Assembly (NCBI RefSeq): GCF_027921745.1
Contig: NC_079238.1
Location: 3,782,001 to 3,846,000, forward strand
DNA length: 64,000 nucleotides
Direction of reading: 5' to 3'
DNA from: Schizosaccharomyces osmophilus
Taxonomy: Eukaryota
Shown here one piece after another: positions 49,594 to 60,321 of the stretch. Position numbers and translations under genes: made by a program. The notes beneath the pieces were generated by a model, which was not told the DNA's origin, ran no database searches, and saw only the letters and a list, made by a program, of their open reading frames with translations. Position 1 is the stretch's first letter, and the number at the start of each line of letters is the position of its first letter.

Positions 49594-50541
49594 ATGCAGC
49601 AGGACGAAGTGATTTGGCAAGTTATTGGCCATGAATTTTGCTCATATAGGATAAAGTAAGTGAAACGGCATCAGAAGGATACAAGTACTAACATTTGTCT
49701 TAGAGGTGAAGCCTTAAATTTTTGCAGAAATGAGTATAACGTTACTGGACTTTGCAATCGACAATCGTGTCCATTGGCAAACTCTCGTTATGCTACAGTT
49801 CGAGAGGATAACGGAAAACTGTATCTTTATATGAAAACAATTGAAAGAGCACATTCGCCCGCGAAGTTATGGCAACGGATTAAGCTGTCCAAGAATTATA
49901 CCAAGGCGTTGGAACAGATTAACCAAAATTTGCTTTACTGGCCTGGACGTCAAATCCATCGCTGCAAACAAAGACTTACTCGTCTTACACAGTACTTAAT
50001 GAAAGCCAGGAGGCTTGCTCTTAAACATCAACCTACTTTAATCCCTATAAAGCCTAAGCAAAAACACCGTGAAACCACCAGAGAACGTAAGGCTCTCGTT
50101 GCTGCTAAATTAGAAAGAAACATTGAGCGAGAATTGGTTGAGCGGCTTAAGAGTGGTGTCTACGGCGATCAGCCACTTAATGTGAACGAGGAAATCTGGC
50201 ACAAGGTTTTGTCCGCTCGCGAGGGTTTGGTTGATGAAGCCAAGGAGCAAGAAGACCTCGAAGATGCCGAAGTCGAATATGTTGATGAAGACGAAGACGA
50301 GGATGAGGAGGAGATTTCCGACTTAGAAGACTGGTTGGCGGATCAAGGTTCTGAAGAAGCTCCAACTTCTGAAAGCGACGAGGACGAAGAAAGTTCAGAT
50401 GGCGAAGAAGATGCCACATCTAAAAAACGCAAGTCTGCTGAAGATAAAAAGCCTAGCAAGAAGCGTGGTCCTCACATACATATTGAATATGAACGCGAAC
50501 ATGAGACTGCTCCAGCTGTGCAGCAACAGCATGCCTGGTAA
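49594..50541 (+). CDS. mak16: Ribosome biogenesis protein Mak16; 2 exons
   Basis: [48 protein letters not shown] and an acidic tail. Confidence 0.96.
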
Positions 50542-50743
50542 AGGGTTTCCTGATAAAAAGGAATTTTTGGGTATTGGGTTCAGGATTTATGCCTACTCTT
50601 TGGATTTAGGAAAAAGGTTTTTGTTTCATACTTTATTTGATTACTAATAATTACTTGTATTTATACCGAAGATTTCTTTTGCCATACTTTTCATTAACAG
50701 TTCTTTGTTCGTAAAAGTTATCCCAAACAAACCAAACCTTTCA

Positions 50744-52954
50744 TTAATTTTTTTTTAGTAGTTCTAATTCATTTCGTAAACGAATGTTTTCTTCTCGTAG
50801 TCGTTTGTTTTCTTCAATCATTTCCTCCCAATAACGATGATCAGTCGCAGTGGACTGAGATGAAAGCAATACTTCAAGTTTTTCAGAATGAATTTCCTCG
50901 GAATATGAGGGTAGAAGGTTACATTTCAAAACATCAGATAGCATCGGACGCTTGGATGGATCTTTTGCGGTCATCCATAAAATTAAACTAGATTCACAAC
51001 CATGCTTTTCAATAAATTCATCAGGCAAAACACCTTGTCGCAAATCTCGAAGTTTTGAAGCCCGCTCCATAGTCGTATCAAAAGGATAAAGGAGTTCAAA
51101 GAGAACTATACCCAAGGCAAAAGTGTCTACGGCCTCGGATACAGGAACATTGCTGTGTGATGCTAAAGCATCAAGAAGCTCAGGAGCAGCATAAGACATA
51201 GTGCCAACATGTTGGGTAGCATCCATCGGAGATACACGCTGAAGATCTTTCGAAAAGGATACAGACTTGAGCATTTTCCCTTCGTTATCAATCACCAAAC
51301 CAAAGTCGCCTAACTTTGGTGTATAGTTATCGAGCGCATTATTGGCGTCGTCTCGATAATTGTACAAAGGTACAGAACCGCGATCGAGAGTAAGAGATTT
51401 TGCCAAGAATATGTTACTTGGTTTTACATCGCGGTGAATGAGATGTGCGATTTCATGAATGTAAACAACGCCGTGTAATATAGCTCTAAATAAATGTATG
51501 TGAATCCTGGTATCCACTGTAGACAATGGAAATGAAATTTTGGAATTACGTCGAAAAAGATAAGACTCCAAATCGTCAGTGCAAAGTTGCATCTGAATGT
51601 ATAAGACAAAGCAATTTAATGGAGCTATAGCGGAAGTGTGAAGAACGCTTGAATCTTCCGGATTTTCAATAATATCATCGTACGAAGAGCCATACTTATT
51701 TTCTGAATCTCGATCATGCGAAGTATCACTACTTTCACTAGCTTCAGACGACCCTTTCTGAAAATAAATATTATCCGACTGCCCTGATACGTCAGCCGCG
51801 AAAACGATACTGTCGTTATTTGACTGGTCATCACTATAAAAAGAGTCTTCTTTATTGGCAATTGTAATGGAATCATCGCGACTAATTTCCAAAGACTCCA
51901 AGCCCTGTATCATCTTCGCTGAAGATACAGTAGGTTTGCGTACATTTGGCACGATTTCAGAAGTATTTTCCAACCAACTAGCATAATATCGGCTTCAAAG
52001 GTTAGTTGAATTGTTCTATCAAAAAGATAAGTACTTACACAATATTAGGGTGATCCAACTTTGCAAGGCTTTTTATTTCGCGAAAAATTTTAGTATAAGG
52101 CACCTGTTGAAAGGTGGGGAATATTTTTTTCATAGCATATTCAGCACCATCGACACGGTTGCGTACTCGATACACGGCACCAAAACCACCTTTACCAAGC
52201 ATCTGTAGCTCTTCAAAATCATTCGCATATCGAGAATGTTTTGTATGCAACCACGTATAGTACGTGAAGTCATTGTGCGAATTCTGCTGTTGTGAACTAG
52301 AAGGATTGGAAGACCCCGAATTTGAGATTCTTTGAAGAGCTACTTGCAGTTCTTCATACGATCTCTCTGGGACATAGGGTTTGATAGGCAATGGAACTTG
52401 CTTATCATGATCTTCTTCAAACAAAACCTCTCTAGCCTGAGTAATAAGATGGTGCAATGCACTTTGATACGTTGATCGAATCCCAGCAAGTTCGTCAATG
52501 TACTCTTCATCGACAATTCCAATACGTTTCAATGTTTGACAAATTAGTGTAAAGAGCCTTCTGGATCGAGAGGGATCTGAATCATACAATTCTTCAAAAA
52601 TGGTTAGTGAATCAATGATCGTAGCAGATCAATCGTAAACTTACGACAAAAGTTTTCTAGTAAAGCCGTAAACAACAGTCTTCCTGTATAACAAATGTTA
52701 GCATTGGACACGAAAACGCGATCGCACGAAGGAGTGCATAGCTTCTTAATGGCTGTAGAAAGTACACGTACCGTGTCTATTCGCAGATATTTCTTTTAAC
52801 CTTCCATCTTCCCGTAAGGATAAAGCCTGATCAAGAGCAAGAGTATCTGTAGCAGAGGAGGCAGACAAACTACCTGAATTGTGATACAGCATCTGAGACC
52901 TTTCAGCAAACTCCCACGAGAAAGAATCCTTTAAGAGAGAACAAATACAGACAT
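50744..52954 (-). CDS. hri2: eIF2-alpha kinase Hri2; 4 exons
   Basis: SRYANDFEELQMLGKGGFG, HPNIVRYY, a long kinase insert, LYIQMQLC, HRDVKPSN and KLGDFG; three introns. Confidence 0.93.
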
Positions 52955-53448
52955 TGACCCTTGTTCCTTGAAATAGCCCCGTTAACGTAGTTATGGAGGG
53001 TTTTGTTCAATATTGTTTCTGGAAGGTTTCAAGCAATGTAAACATAACTTTTTTTGTGTGGCATTCTCTTTTGATACCTTAACGAAGCTACGTGTGGCTT
53101 GCCTTAATAAATAAATAAATGGAACGCAAAAAAATGAAAATACAAAAGGAATCTCAGGTAAATGTACAAGCTAATACTTTTTTTATAAGCTAGAGTCGTT
53201 CTTTTTTCGCGTTTCGATATGGTTTTCGTTTTTTTTTTTATTTCCGCCTCAGAATTCTATCGATGAAAGCGAATCCCTTGGAAGAAGCAGTACTCTCAAA
53301 AAAATCGAGAACCAAGAAAAATAGAGTAAGCGATTTGGTTTCTTTTGTAAAATAAAAGCATTGGAAAATGCAAAAGCTCCATAAATCACAGGACGGTAAA
53401 ACAAATCACTTAATCATGTACTTATGTACCTATAAATTAGCAAGCAAA

Positions 53449-53520
53449 TCCGTTGTGGTCCAACGGCTAGGATTCGTCGCTTTCACCGACGCGGCCGGGG
53501 TTCGACTCCCCGCAACGGAA
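53449..53520 (+). tRNA. tRNA-Glu (anticodon TTC)
   Basis: TCCGTTG/CAACGGA acceptor stem, CGTCG-CTTTCAC-CGACG anticodon arm, GGTTCGACTCC B box, upstream TATAAA and a downstream T-run terminator. Confidence 0.97.
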
Positions 53521-53582
53521 GATTTTTTTTTTGCTTCGCTTTAATTATTTTTTTTATAAAATAGTTATTATATTTTACTGCT

Positions 53583-53617
53583 TTCTATATTCTATATTCT
53601 ATAATCTATAATCTCTA
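53583..53617 (+). repeat. 7-bp tandem repeat (WTCTATA) x5
   Basis: TTCTATA TTCTATA TTCTATA ATCTATA ATCTCTA. Confidence 0.75.
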
Positions 53618-53777
53618 TTCTTTTGGTTTTGTTCATCTTCTTTTCCAGTTGGAATGACTGAAACATATATATGAATCTTTCTAATAGTACATCATATTAA
53701 AATTACCTGTTGAAAAGAGATTCTCTCGTAACACGAAAGCCGTCAACCCATCATGCTAATAAAGGATAAGCTTTTTT

Positions 53778-54470
53778 TTATTTCTTGGTAGGAAGGACAC
53801 GTTCGTTCACCCACCACTTGTGCCAACTATCATCCACAGTTAACTCGGGATGAAAGGAAGTTCCCAAAAAAGGACCCTGTTCAACGGCGACAATGACCTC
53901 GTTTTCCTCGTGCACCGTGGTTGCCAAAACACGAACATCCTCGCTACCGATGGACGAAGCAATGGGAGCACGGATGAAGGTTGCATCAAAGGCTTCCATT
54001 CGCTTTGTGGTTTCGAACTTCATAAAATCGGTGGGGTGAATGGTGGTAGTAAACGACATGGTTTGAGGACCAAAGTAATTCCTGGTTACCTCAATATCCA
54101 TTGCTCGTAACAAGTAAGGATCCGGGAATTTCCCGCCATGAGACTTTTTGGAAAGGAGAATCATTCCAGCACAAGTACCCCACATAGGAACACCCCTGGC
54201 TACTAGGCTTTCCAGGTTTTCCTTCAAATCAGTGTCAATGCCAATGAGCCTCCCCATGGTGGTAGACTCACCACCTGGCAAAACTAGACCGTCGATGTTT
54301 TCACAGTCGGCACCAGTCTTTACAGGGAAGGAAAAGACATGATCAAAAGAATTCAGGATGTTAATATGCTCAATGAAGGCTCCTTGCAAAGCCAACACAC
54401 CAATTCGTACCTTTGCGCTCAAAGAGTCACAATTGCCAGAAGAACTGGTAAACATAGAAGCTGACGACAT
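53778..54470 (-). CDS. sno1: PLP synthase glutaminase subunit Sno1/Pdx2
   Basis: GVLALQGAFIEH, LPGGESTT, WGTCAGMILL, FIRAP and SFHPEL motifs; ATG at 54470. Confidence 0.96.
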   Translation of the reverse strand: MSSASMFTSSSGNCDSLSAKVRIGVLALQGAFIEHINILNSFDHVFSFPVKTGADCENIDGLVLPGGESTTMGRLIGIDTDLKENLESLVARGVPMWGTCAGMILLSKKSHGGKFPDPYLLRAMDIEVTRNYFGPQTMSFTTTIHPTDFMKFETTKRMEAFDATFIRAPIASSIGSEDVRVLATTVHEENEVIVAVEQGPFLGTSFHPELTVDDSWHKWWVNERVLPTKK

Positions 54471-55223
54471 ATTCAACAAAGAAAGAAATCAAACCAACCA
54501 CAAAAAAAGTAAAAATAAAAAAAAATAAAAAAAAAACGGACAAAGCAAAACTTATTTCTTCAAACCTTTATACCAAAAGACGTTTTTTAAATCCAACCAA
54601 ACCAAAAGTAGAGCAACAAAGGTTCTTTTGCTAATAATTAAGACACGTCCACAAATTTCAAGTGCCTTCTTTCTACTTTCACAACGATCGAGGGATTCTG
54701 CTTCTATTTAATCGTGAGATTTCGCCAACAAATTTCCTTCCTTATATCCTTTAAGGATTCCTAGTGTAGGTGGCCAAGATGAGTTTGCCGTCAAAGAGGG
54801 ACCTATTCTTTGCCCAAGTAACCCAAGTGGAAACAGAAGGAAAAGTGCTAACCCAAATTACCTTCCTATCCATCCACAACAAATATAACTTTTAACGACT
54901 CCACGTCCCATTATTTCTTACAATCCATCATCCTTCTCTTATCACTCATTCTTCCAAAGAAATACGACCAAACAAAACAAAAAAATATCTATACCAAAAA
55001 ATTTCCAAAACATCTCTTTTTAAGTCATTTAATTCAAAGGTCAAGCTACATATACCTTCACCCAACTAAGTACTTTTTTACTGACTTGATTATTCTCGTA
55101 CTTTTAAATTATTTCTTTCTAAACAACTGAACATCTATTCCTACAAAACTACAGACGGAAACCAAAAAAGAACCAACTTTCTTTGTCAAATCCATGAATC
55201 ACAAATCTGTCAACAAAAGATGA

Positions 55224-55409
55224 TTCGGCGTCTCTTGCCAGTAGTGCAATAGCAAGGACACCGGTGCCGGAAAACATAGCAAGCCAGAGGCTTTCCAGCA
55301 AATACCAAAAACAAGATTAATCGGAAACACCTCAGTGAGGCGATTTCAGCGATTAAACTGAAAAGAACAGATACTACACTTGATCTAAGCCAAAAGGCAA
55401 AGAGAGAAT
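55224..55409 (-). ncRNA. snu2: U2 spliceosomal snRNA (about 186 nt)
   Basis: The reverse complement begins ATTCTCTCTTTGCCTTTTGGCTTAGATCAAGTGTAGTATCTGTTCTT, containing the branch-recognition GTAGTA. It also has a U-rich Sm-site region and the stem IV loop TATTGCACT. Confidence 0.97.
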
Positions 55410-55435
55410 ACTGAACATGAAGTTCTAGGGCTAGT

Positions 55436-55485
55436 ATTTATACTTTTTTTTCTTTAAGAACCCGTACCCTGAATATACTTGTAAA
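55436..55485 (-). promoter_or_regulatory. U2 snRNA promoter: TATA box plus upstream element
   Basis: TATAAAT about 30 nt upstream of the U2 5' end, and a G-rich CAGGGTACGGGTTC block further upstream (candidate snRNA proximal element). Confidence 0.5.
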
Positions 55486-55877
55486 GACGTTAATTGGGTG
55501 ATCGTTTCCGCGCATGAAGATGCATACATCTACAAAGCAAAGTTGCATTGCAAAAACAAATACATAGGTTTATAAAATTCATTTTTCCTGTACTATTTGG
55601 TGTATAAAAGTACCCATGTATATTTAATTTGTGCCCATCCACAACTGTACTACCCTTCCCCAAATTCCCGTTTGCCTCATTGTGTACTACCGGCAAGGCG
55701 TATAAGAAGGGAAAGTTGGGAAAAAGACCTTGTCCTTAGCATAACACCACAACTGGAATTAAGAATCTCAAAAGTTACTTATAACTTTGTATTTCTACAC
55801 GTAAATATATCCAAGTAAAACATTCTTTTGTCTTTCTAAAAAATATCCGTTTGGAGTTTTTACAAAGTAGAGAAAGA

Positions 55878-58094
55878 ATGTCAGGAAATTCAGAGTTTGA
55901 AGGGACTTTAGAATCCCTCGAACACTCTAAGACAGGCATATCTGGTTCGAAGATTTTAAAATTAACGAATTTGGCAATGGATAATGTTGGCGAAAATGCT
56001 CAGTTCATCACTAGTGTGTATAAGTATGCGAAACGCGCTCCTAATACCCATAAGTTAGGCGCCTTGTATATCCTAGATTCCATTGTACGTAGCTTTCAGG
56101 ATGGCGCTAAAAAGAATAATGAATCATTTGAATCTCCAATGGATGCTTCTTTTAGTGGTGGTTGGTGCAAAGCTGCCGAAGTTACTGAAAGCTTGGTTGC
56201 TGATGCAACGCATCATGCCCCTTCTACTCATTTGGTATGTGTAGCGTTGGTATTGGTATAAGGTTCTTCTATATTGGTAATGTCTGGCCCCTTTGGGTTT
56301 AGAATGTTTTGTGTGTACTATTTTGTATGCTTCTCTTCATTGTATCTGTTCAGAGAGAAAGTACTTATCAGTATTGCTGTATTAAGCCGTTTACCAATTA
56401 TCTCTAGCTATTTTTGTCTTTTCTGACTGCTGTAAGTATGTTACTAACATTTCCTGTAGCCTAAAATCTTAAAACTTTGTGACATCTGGGACAAAGCATC
56501 CACTTTGCCTCAAGACAAATTAGAATCTCTTCGATCCAAAATTAAAGAGACCATTGGCTCTTCTGACCAGGCTAATTCTCCAACACGTGACACTGTAGCT
56601 TCATCAACGCAGGCAGGTGTCGAGAATCCCGCAATTCCAGCTACTACCACTACAGAGCCTAATGCTCCTTCACAACCCCCTGCTGCTTCAACAAACGATC
56701 CTGCTTCTATTTTGGAAGCTCTTGCAGCTTTTGCCCAAAAGGCCCCCGCGCCTTCTACAACCTCTACTGCTTCGGGCACGCCGATTATTCAAGATCCCGC
56801 ATCCCACCCTGCCCCAGTAGCCGGAGCACCACCAAGTATTAGCCCTGTACCTACGACTGCTCCTTTGAACCCAGTGCCCCCTCAACCGATTCCTTCGATG
56901 CCTACTCCTATGTATCAGCCTATGGCTGGTGCTCCTCCCTCCATGTTGGGCGGTCCAATGCCACCAAACCCAGCTGCTCCTGCGTCTGATGCTGAAACTC
57001 AAAAAATAAACCTTATTAATGTATTGGCTTCTCAAAATGTCCCAGCTCCTCAAATCGAAACTATTATAAAAGCTGCTTTTCCTTCTTATAACGCACCTCT
57101 GCAAGGAGGTCCCGCGGCTGCGTTGTCTGCTACTGCTCCCTCGGCAGGAATCATGGAATCCTTGCATAGATCCCGTAGTCCTAGCCCTCGCAGCAAACAA
57201 CTCGGCCGTACGCCTAGTCCTTCACGAATGTCTATTCCTTCTGCTATGCCTGCCAATGGCATGCCAAAGCCAACTCCAGATGGCGTGCCTCGTAAGTTGG
57301 AGCGTGATATAACCATTCCTCCTGATTCCATAAAAGGTTTGTCTAAAAATTTCTTTTATATCTTCAAAAATCTAACTATTATACAGTATTTAGTCGTACT
57401 CTTTTCCTTGGTGGTATAACACGCGCTGTTCGTGAGCCCGTTTTACGCTCAATGTTTGAACGTTTCGGTGCAGTTCAAAGCCTTATTTTGAATCACAATT
57501 ATAGACATGGTTTCCTCAAAATGTTCCGTCGTGAGGCTGCCGAAAAGGCACAAGTTGCAATGGAAAATGTGCCCTTTGCTGATACTACGATTCGTGTAAG
57601 TAGCATTTAAAGATTCTTCTTTTGATTCCTTACTAATTTCATTAAAGACTAAATGGGGTGTTGGTTTTGGTCCCAGAGAATGCTCAGATTTTACCTTTGG
57701 TGTTAGTATAATTCCTATACGTTTATTGACTGACGCCGATCGTACCTGGCTTGTAACAGCCGAATACGGTGGTACTGGGGGTATTCCCGTTACACCTGGA
57801 ATAGCTGTTGACGAACCTGATATCGAAATTGGTTTGGGTATTAGTTCCAAAGCTATAAGTAAACGTGGTAAAGATATAAACGTTCGACGCGATGATAGAA
57901 TGCGAGGACGTAAGCCTTTCCGTGGAGGTTTACCCCACCAAGGAGAAAGACATTTTGATCCCTCTGGTGGTTGGCCCAATGGTGGTGCTGCTGGGCCCGG
58001 AAATATGTACAATCCAGGATATTCTTCATACTATGATCCTAATTATTCTTCTGCATCAGGTTATGCAACACAGCCTCCTTGGCAACCACAATAA
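55878..58094 (+). CDS. seb1: Nrd1-like CID-RRM termination/3'-processing factor Seb1; 4 exons
   Basis: CID (KLGALYILDSIVR), a Pro-rich linker and RRM (SRTLFLGG...RHGFLKM...KWGVGFGPRECSDF). Introns 56235-56459, 57337-57386 and 57596-57647. Confidence 0.96.
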
Positions 58095-58359
58095 TTTTAA
58101 AGGTTCGCGGTTAATTAATTAATGGAAAAAATAAATGGGTTAATCATCGGTTTAGAGTTCAACTGTCTAAGCATGTTATAAGCAATAAGTATACGCTTTC
58201 TTATGTTACAATTTAATAATTACGTTCAATTGGTAGCAAATGCAGAGTAAATTATATGTTTAGCCGTATTAATAATATATACATAAAAAAAAAAAAAAAA
58301 TAACTTGGGTAGGGTATAGAAATGCTTCCAATAATGCATATTTCCAAAAAGTAAGTTTA

Positions 58360-60321
58360 CTACTCAGCATTTAATATATTATACAATTCCCAAAGCCGCT
58401 TCAAGTTGTTCCTTTTCGTAGAAAGATACCAGCCATCTACCCATTTGCGCCAAAGCTTCTCTTCCGTGTACTGTTTCTTCTCGAATTCTGGACCGACATC
58501 ATAGATTTCACTCGTGTCTGTAAGACTGTAAAGGGAGTTTATAGACTTGTTGATAGTGTCATTTGTATTGTCCGCCAGTTGTGAAACAGAGTCTTCGTTT
58601 TCTAAATCATCAAGACCAGCAAAGGGATCTGGCTCTTCTTCAACTGCATCAACATTATTTATCCATCGAAACCTAGTCGGATCAAAAACCATGTTACCCA
58701 CTACTTGAATACCTTTCCTAGCCGAAATGTTTGAAATAAGAGCCGGCTTAGAAGGAGAAATGGGAGCATCAAAGTCTCTGATAGCATGATCATTACCTTC
58801 CCAACATTGCTTTGCAGGATTATATCGCATTTTACCAACCAACTTGGGTGTCTTAGGAGAACTAAGATTTTTTATTAGAGTAGGCTCTCTTTTTTTTTGG
58901 GAATATTTTAGTGTTTTGGAGTTTAATTGGTCATTAGATAGAGCTTCCAAAGTCATTTCCTTTGAGGGAGTAACGGTATTTTTTCTGTTTCCCTTGTTTC
59001 CCTTGTAGTAATGGGGATCACTTTTCTGAATGTTAGTGATATTAGATAACAAGTTCTCATTTCTCTTGTTACGACTGGGGCTTGAATGAAGAGAAGGATT
59101 ATGTGAATGATTCCTCGCGGGAGGATGAAGCCTGCCTTGATACCCATTTTCATAGTCATAATTAACAGGTAAATCGTCTAATCCGTCTAACTCGGTTCCA
59201 TCACCATATCTGCGCACATGTCTAGGCCGAGTTTTGTATTTACTCGTTTTTGCTGCCGACTTCAAATCATTTATGTCTAAGTAGAAATTATGGGAACTCT
59301 GAGCCTCTTGTTTCAAATTAGAAGGGGTCCATGTAGCAAAGCTTGGTGAACCTTTCTTTGAAGAGGATGAGACGTGAGAAGGTCGAATTGTGTCATGAGA
59401 GTAAGGGACGCCGTTCTGAGAATACTTGGATTGCAATTTTGGAGGCTGTTTTAACGAACTTGGGGTGTTGGCAGATGCCTCTTGTTCATGTGATAGAGAA
59501 GGAAAAATCTCTTTGCACATGGGATAGGCTTTGGTTTCCTGAGGAACCTTTGGATGAAAAGCAATGGTAGAGGATATATAGGGATGCTTTGGATTGACAG
59601 TGCTGAGTTCCGGAGCCTTTTTACGGAAAATAGTTTCTGGCTCTTCTGTCGGATCAAGTTCAAAATCATCCCAAAAATCATCTTCTCCTCTAGCAGAAGA
59701 AGGGGTTCGAAGAGACGACTGTTCAACGCTAGAAAAGGAGGATTTTGGATCAATATTATTACTTTTTCTTTGCAATAAATCGGCAAGATCGGTATCAGGA
59801 TCAATTTCTAGATCGCTTTCGAAGGAAGAGAAATCATCAAAATCGTACAAAGCGGAATTAGAAGGACTAAAAGATCTAGCAGAGGCACCCGCATGTTGCT
59901 CGTAATCATTTTCAGGGACAAGTGAATGTACACTTGGTCGAATGGTAGTCGGATGTGGAGCACGAATAGTTTGATTCTGGTCTACAGAAGACAAATGGCT
60001 CGGTCGGATAGTCTGGAACTCAGAGTCGGTTTCCTCTGGAGAAAAATCAAAGTCGTCTTCGTATTCATCAAAATTTCCTTTATCGTTATTCTTTCCCAGC
60101 TGATGAACTTTGGTGTTTACTGATTTGTCAAGTAGAGGAGAATCGGATGAAGGGTTGAGGGATAAAGAGTTGAGCTTGCCAAGAGAACCTTCAAAGAAAT
60201 CATCATCAGGAGTAGTGTCGGCGCTTGTAGTGGTAGTGGCTATGGACTGAGCAAACAGGCTGACATTGTCAGCGTCTGATGCAAAATCCGGATCATCGTC
60301 CCAGCTTTCAATTTCCGTCAT
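58360..60321 (-). CDS. byr4: SIN two-component GAP scaffold Byr4
   Basis: ESWDDDPDF, YGDGTELDGLDDLP and the imperfect repeats VGKMRYNPAKQCWEGN / VGNMVFDPTRFRW. Confidence 0.92.
   Translation of the reverse strand: MTEIESWDDDPDFASDADNVSLFAQSIATTTTSADTTPDDDFFEGSLGKLNSLSLNPSSDSPLLDKSVNTKVHQLGKNNDKGNFDEYEDDFDFSPEETDSEFQTIRPSHLSSVDQNQTIRAPHPTTIRPSVHSLVPENDYEQHAGASARSFSPSNSALYDFDDFSSFESDLEIDPDTDLADLLQRKSNNIDPKSSFSSVEQSSLRTPSSARGEDDFWDDFELDPTEEPETIFRKKAPELSTVNPKHPYISSTIAFHPKVPQETKAYPMCKEIFPSLSHEQEASANTPSSLKQPPKLQSKYSQNGVPYSHDTIRPSHVSSSSKKGSPSFATWTPSNLKQEAQSSHNFYLDINDLKSAAKTSKYKTRPRHVRRYGDGTELDGLDDLPVNYDYENGYQGRLHPPARNHSHNPSLHSSPSRNKRNENLLSNITNIQKSDPHYYKGNKGNRKNTVTPSKEMTLEALSNDQLNSKTLKYSQKKREPTLIKNLSSPKTPKLVGKMRYNPAKQCWEGNDHAIRDFDAPISPSKPALISNISARKGIQVVGNMVFDPTRFRWINNVDAVEEEPDPFAGLDDLENEDSVSQLADNTNDTINKSINSLYSLTDTSEIYDVGPEFEKKQYTEEKLWRKWVDGWYLSTKRNNLKRLWELYNILNAE

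Noticed and set aside
50701..50710. Perfect TR box (TTCTTTGTTC, Ste11 site)
   Set aside because: A single copy between the convergent 3' ends of mak16 and hri2, not in a promoter.
56510..58012. Long antisense ORFs (up to 187 aa) over seb1
   Set aside because: Shadows of Pro/Ala/Gly-rich coding sequence with no independent coding signal.
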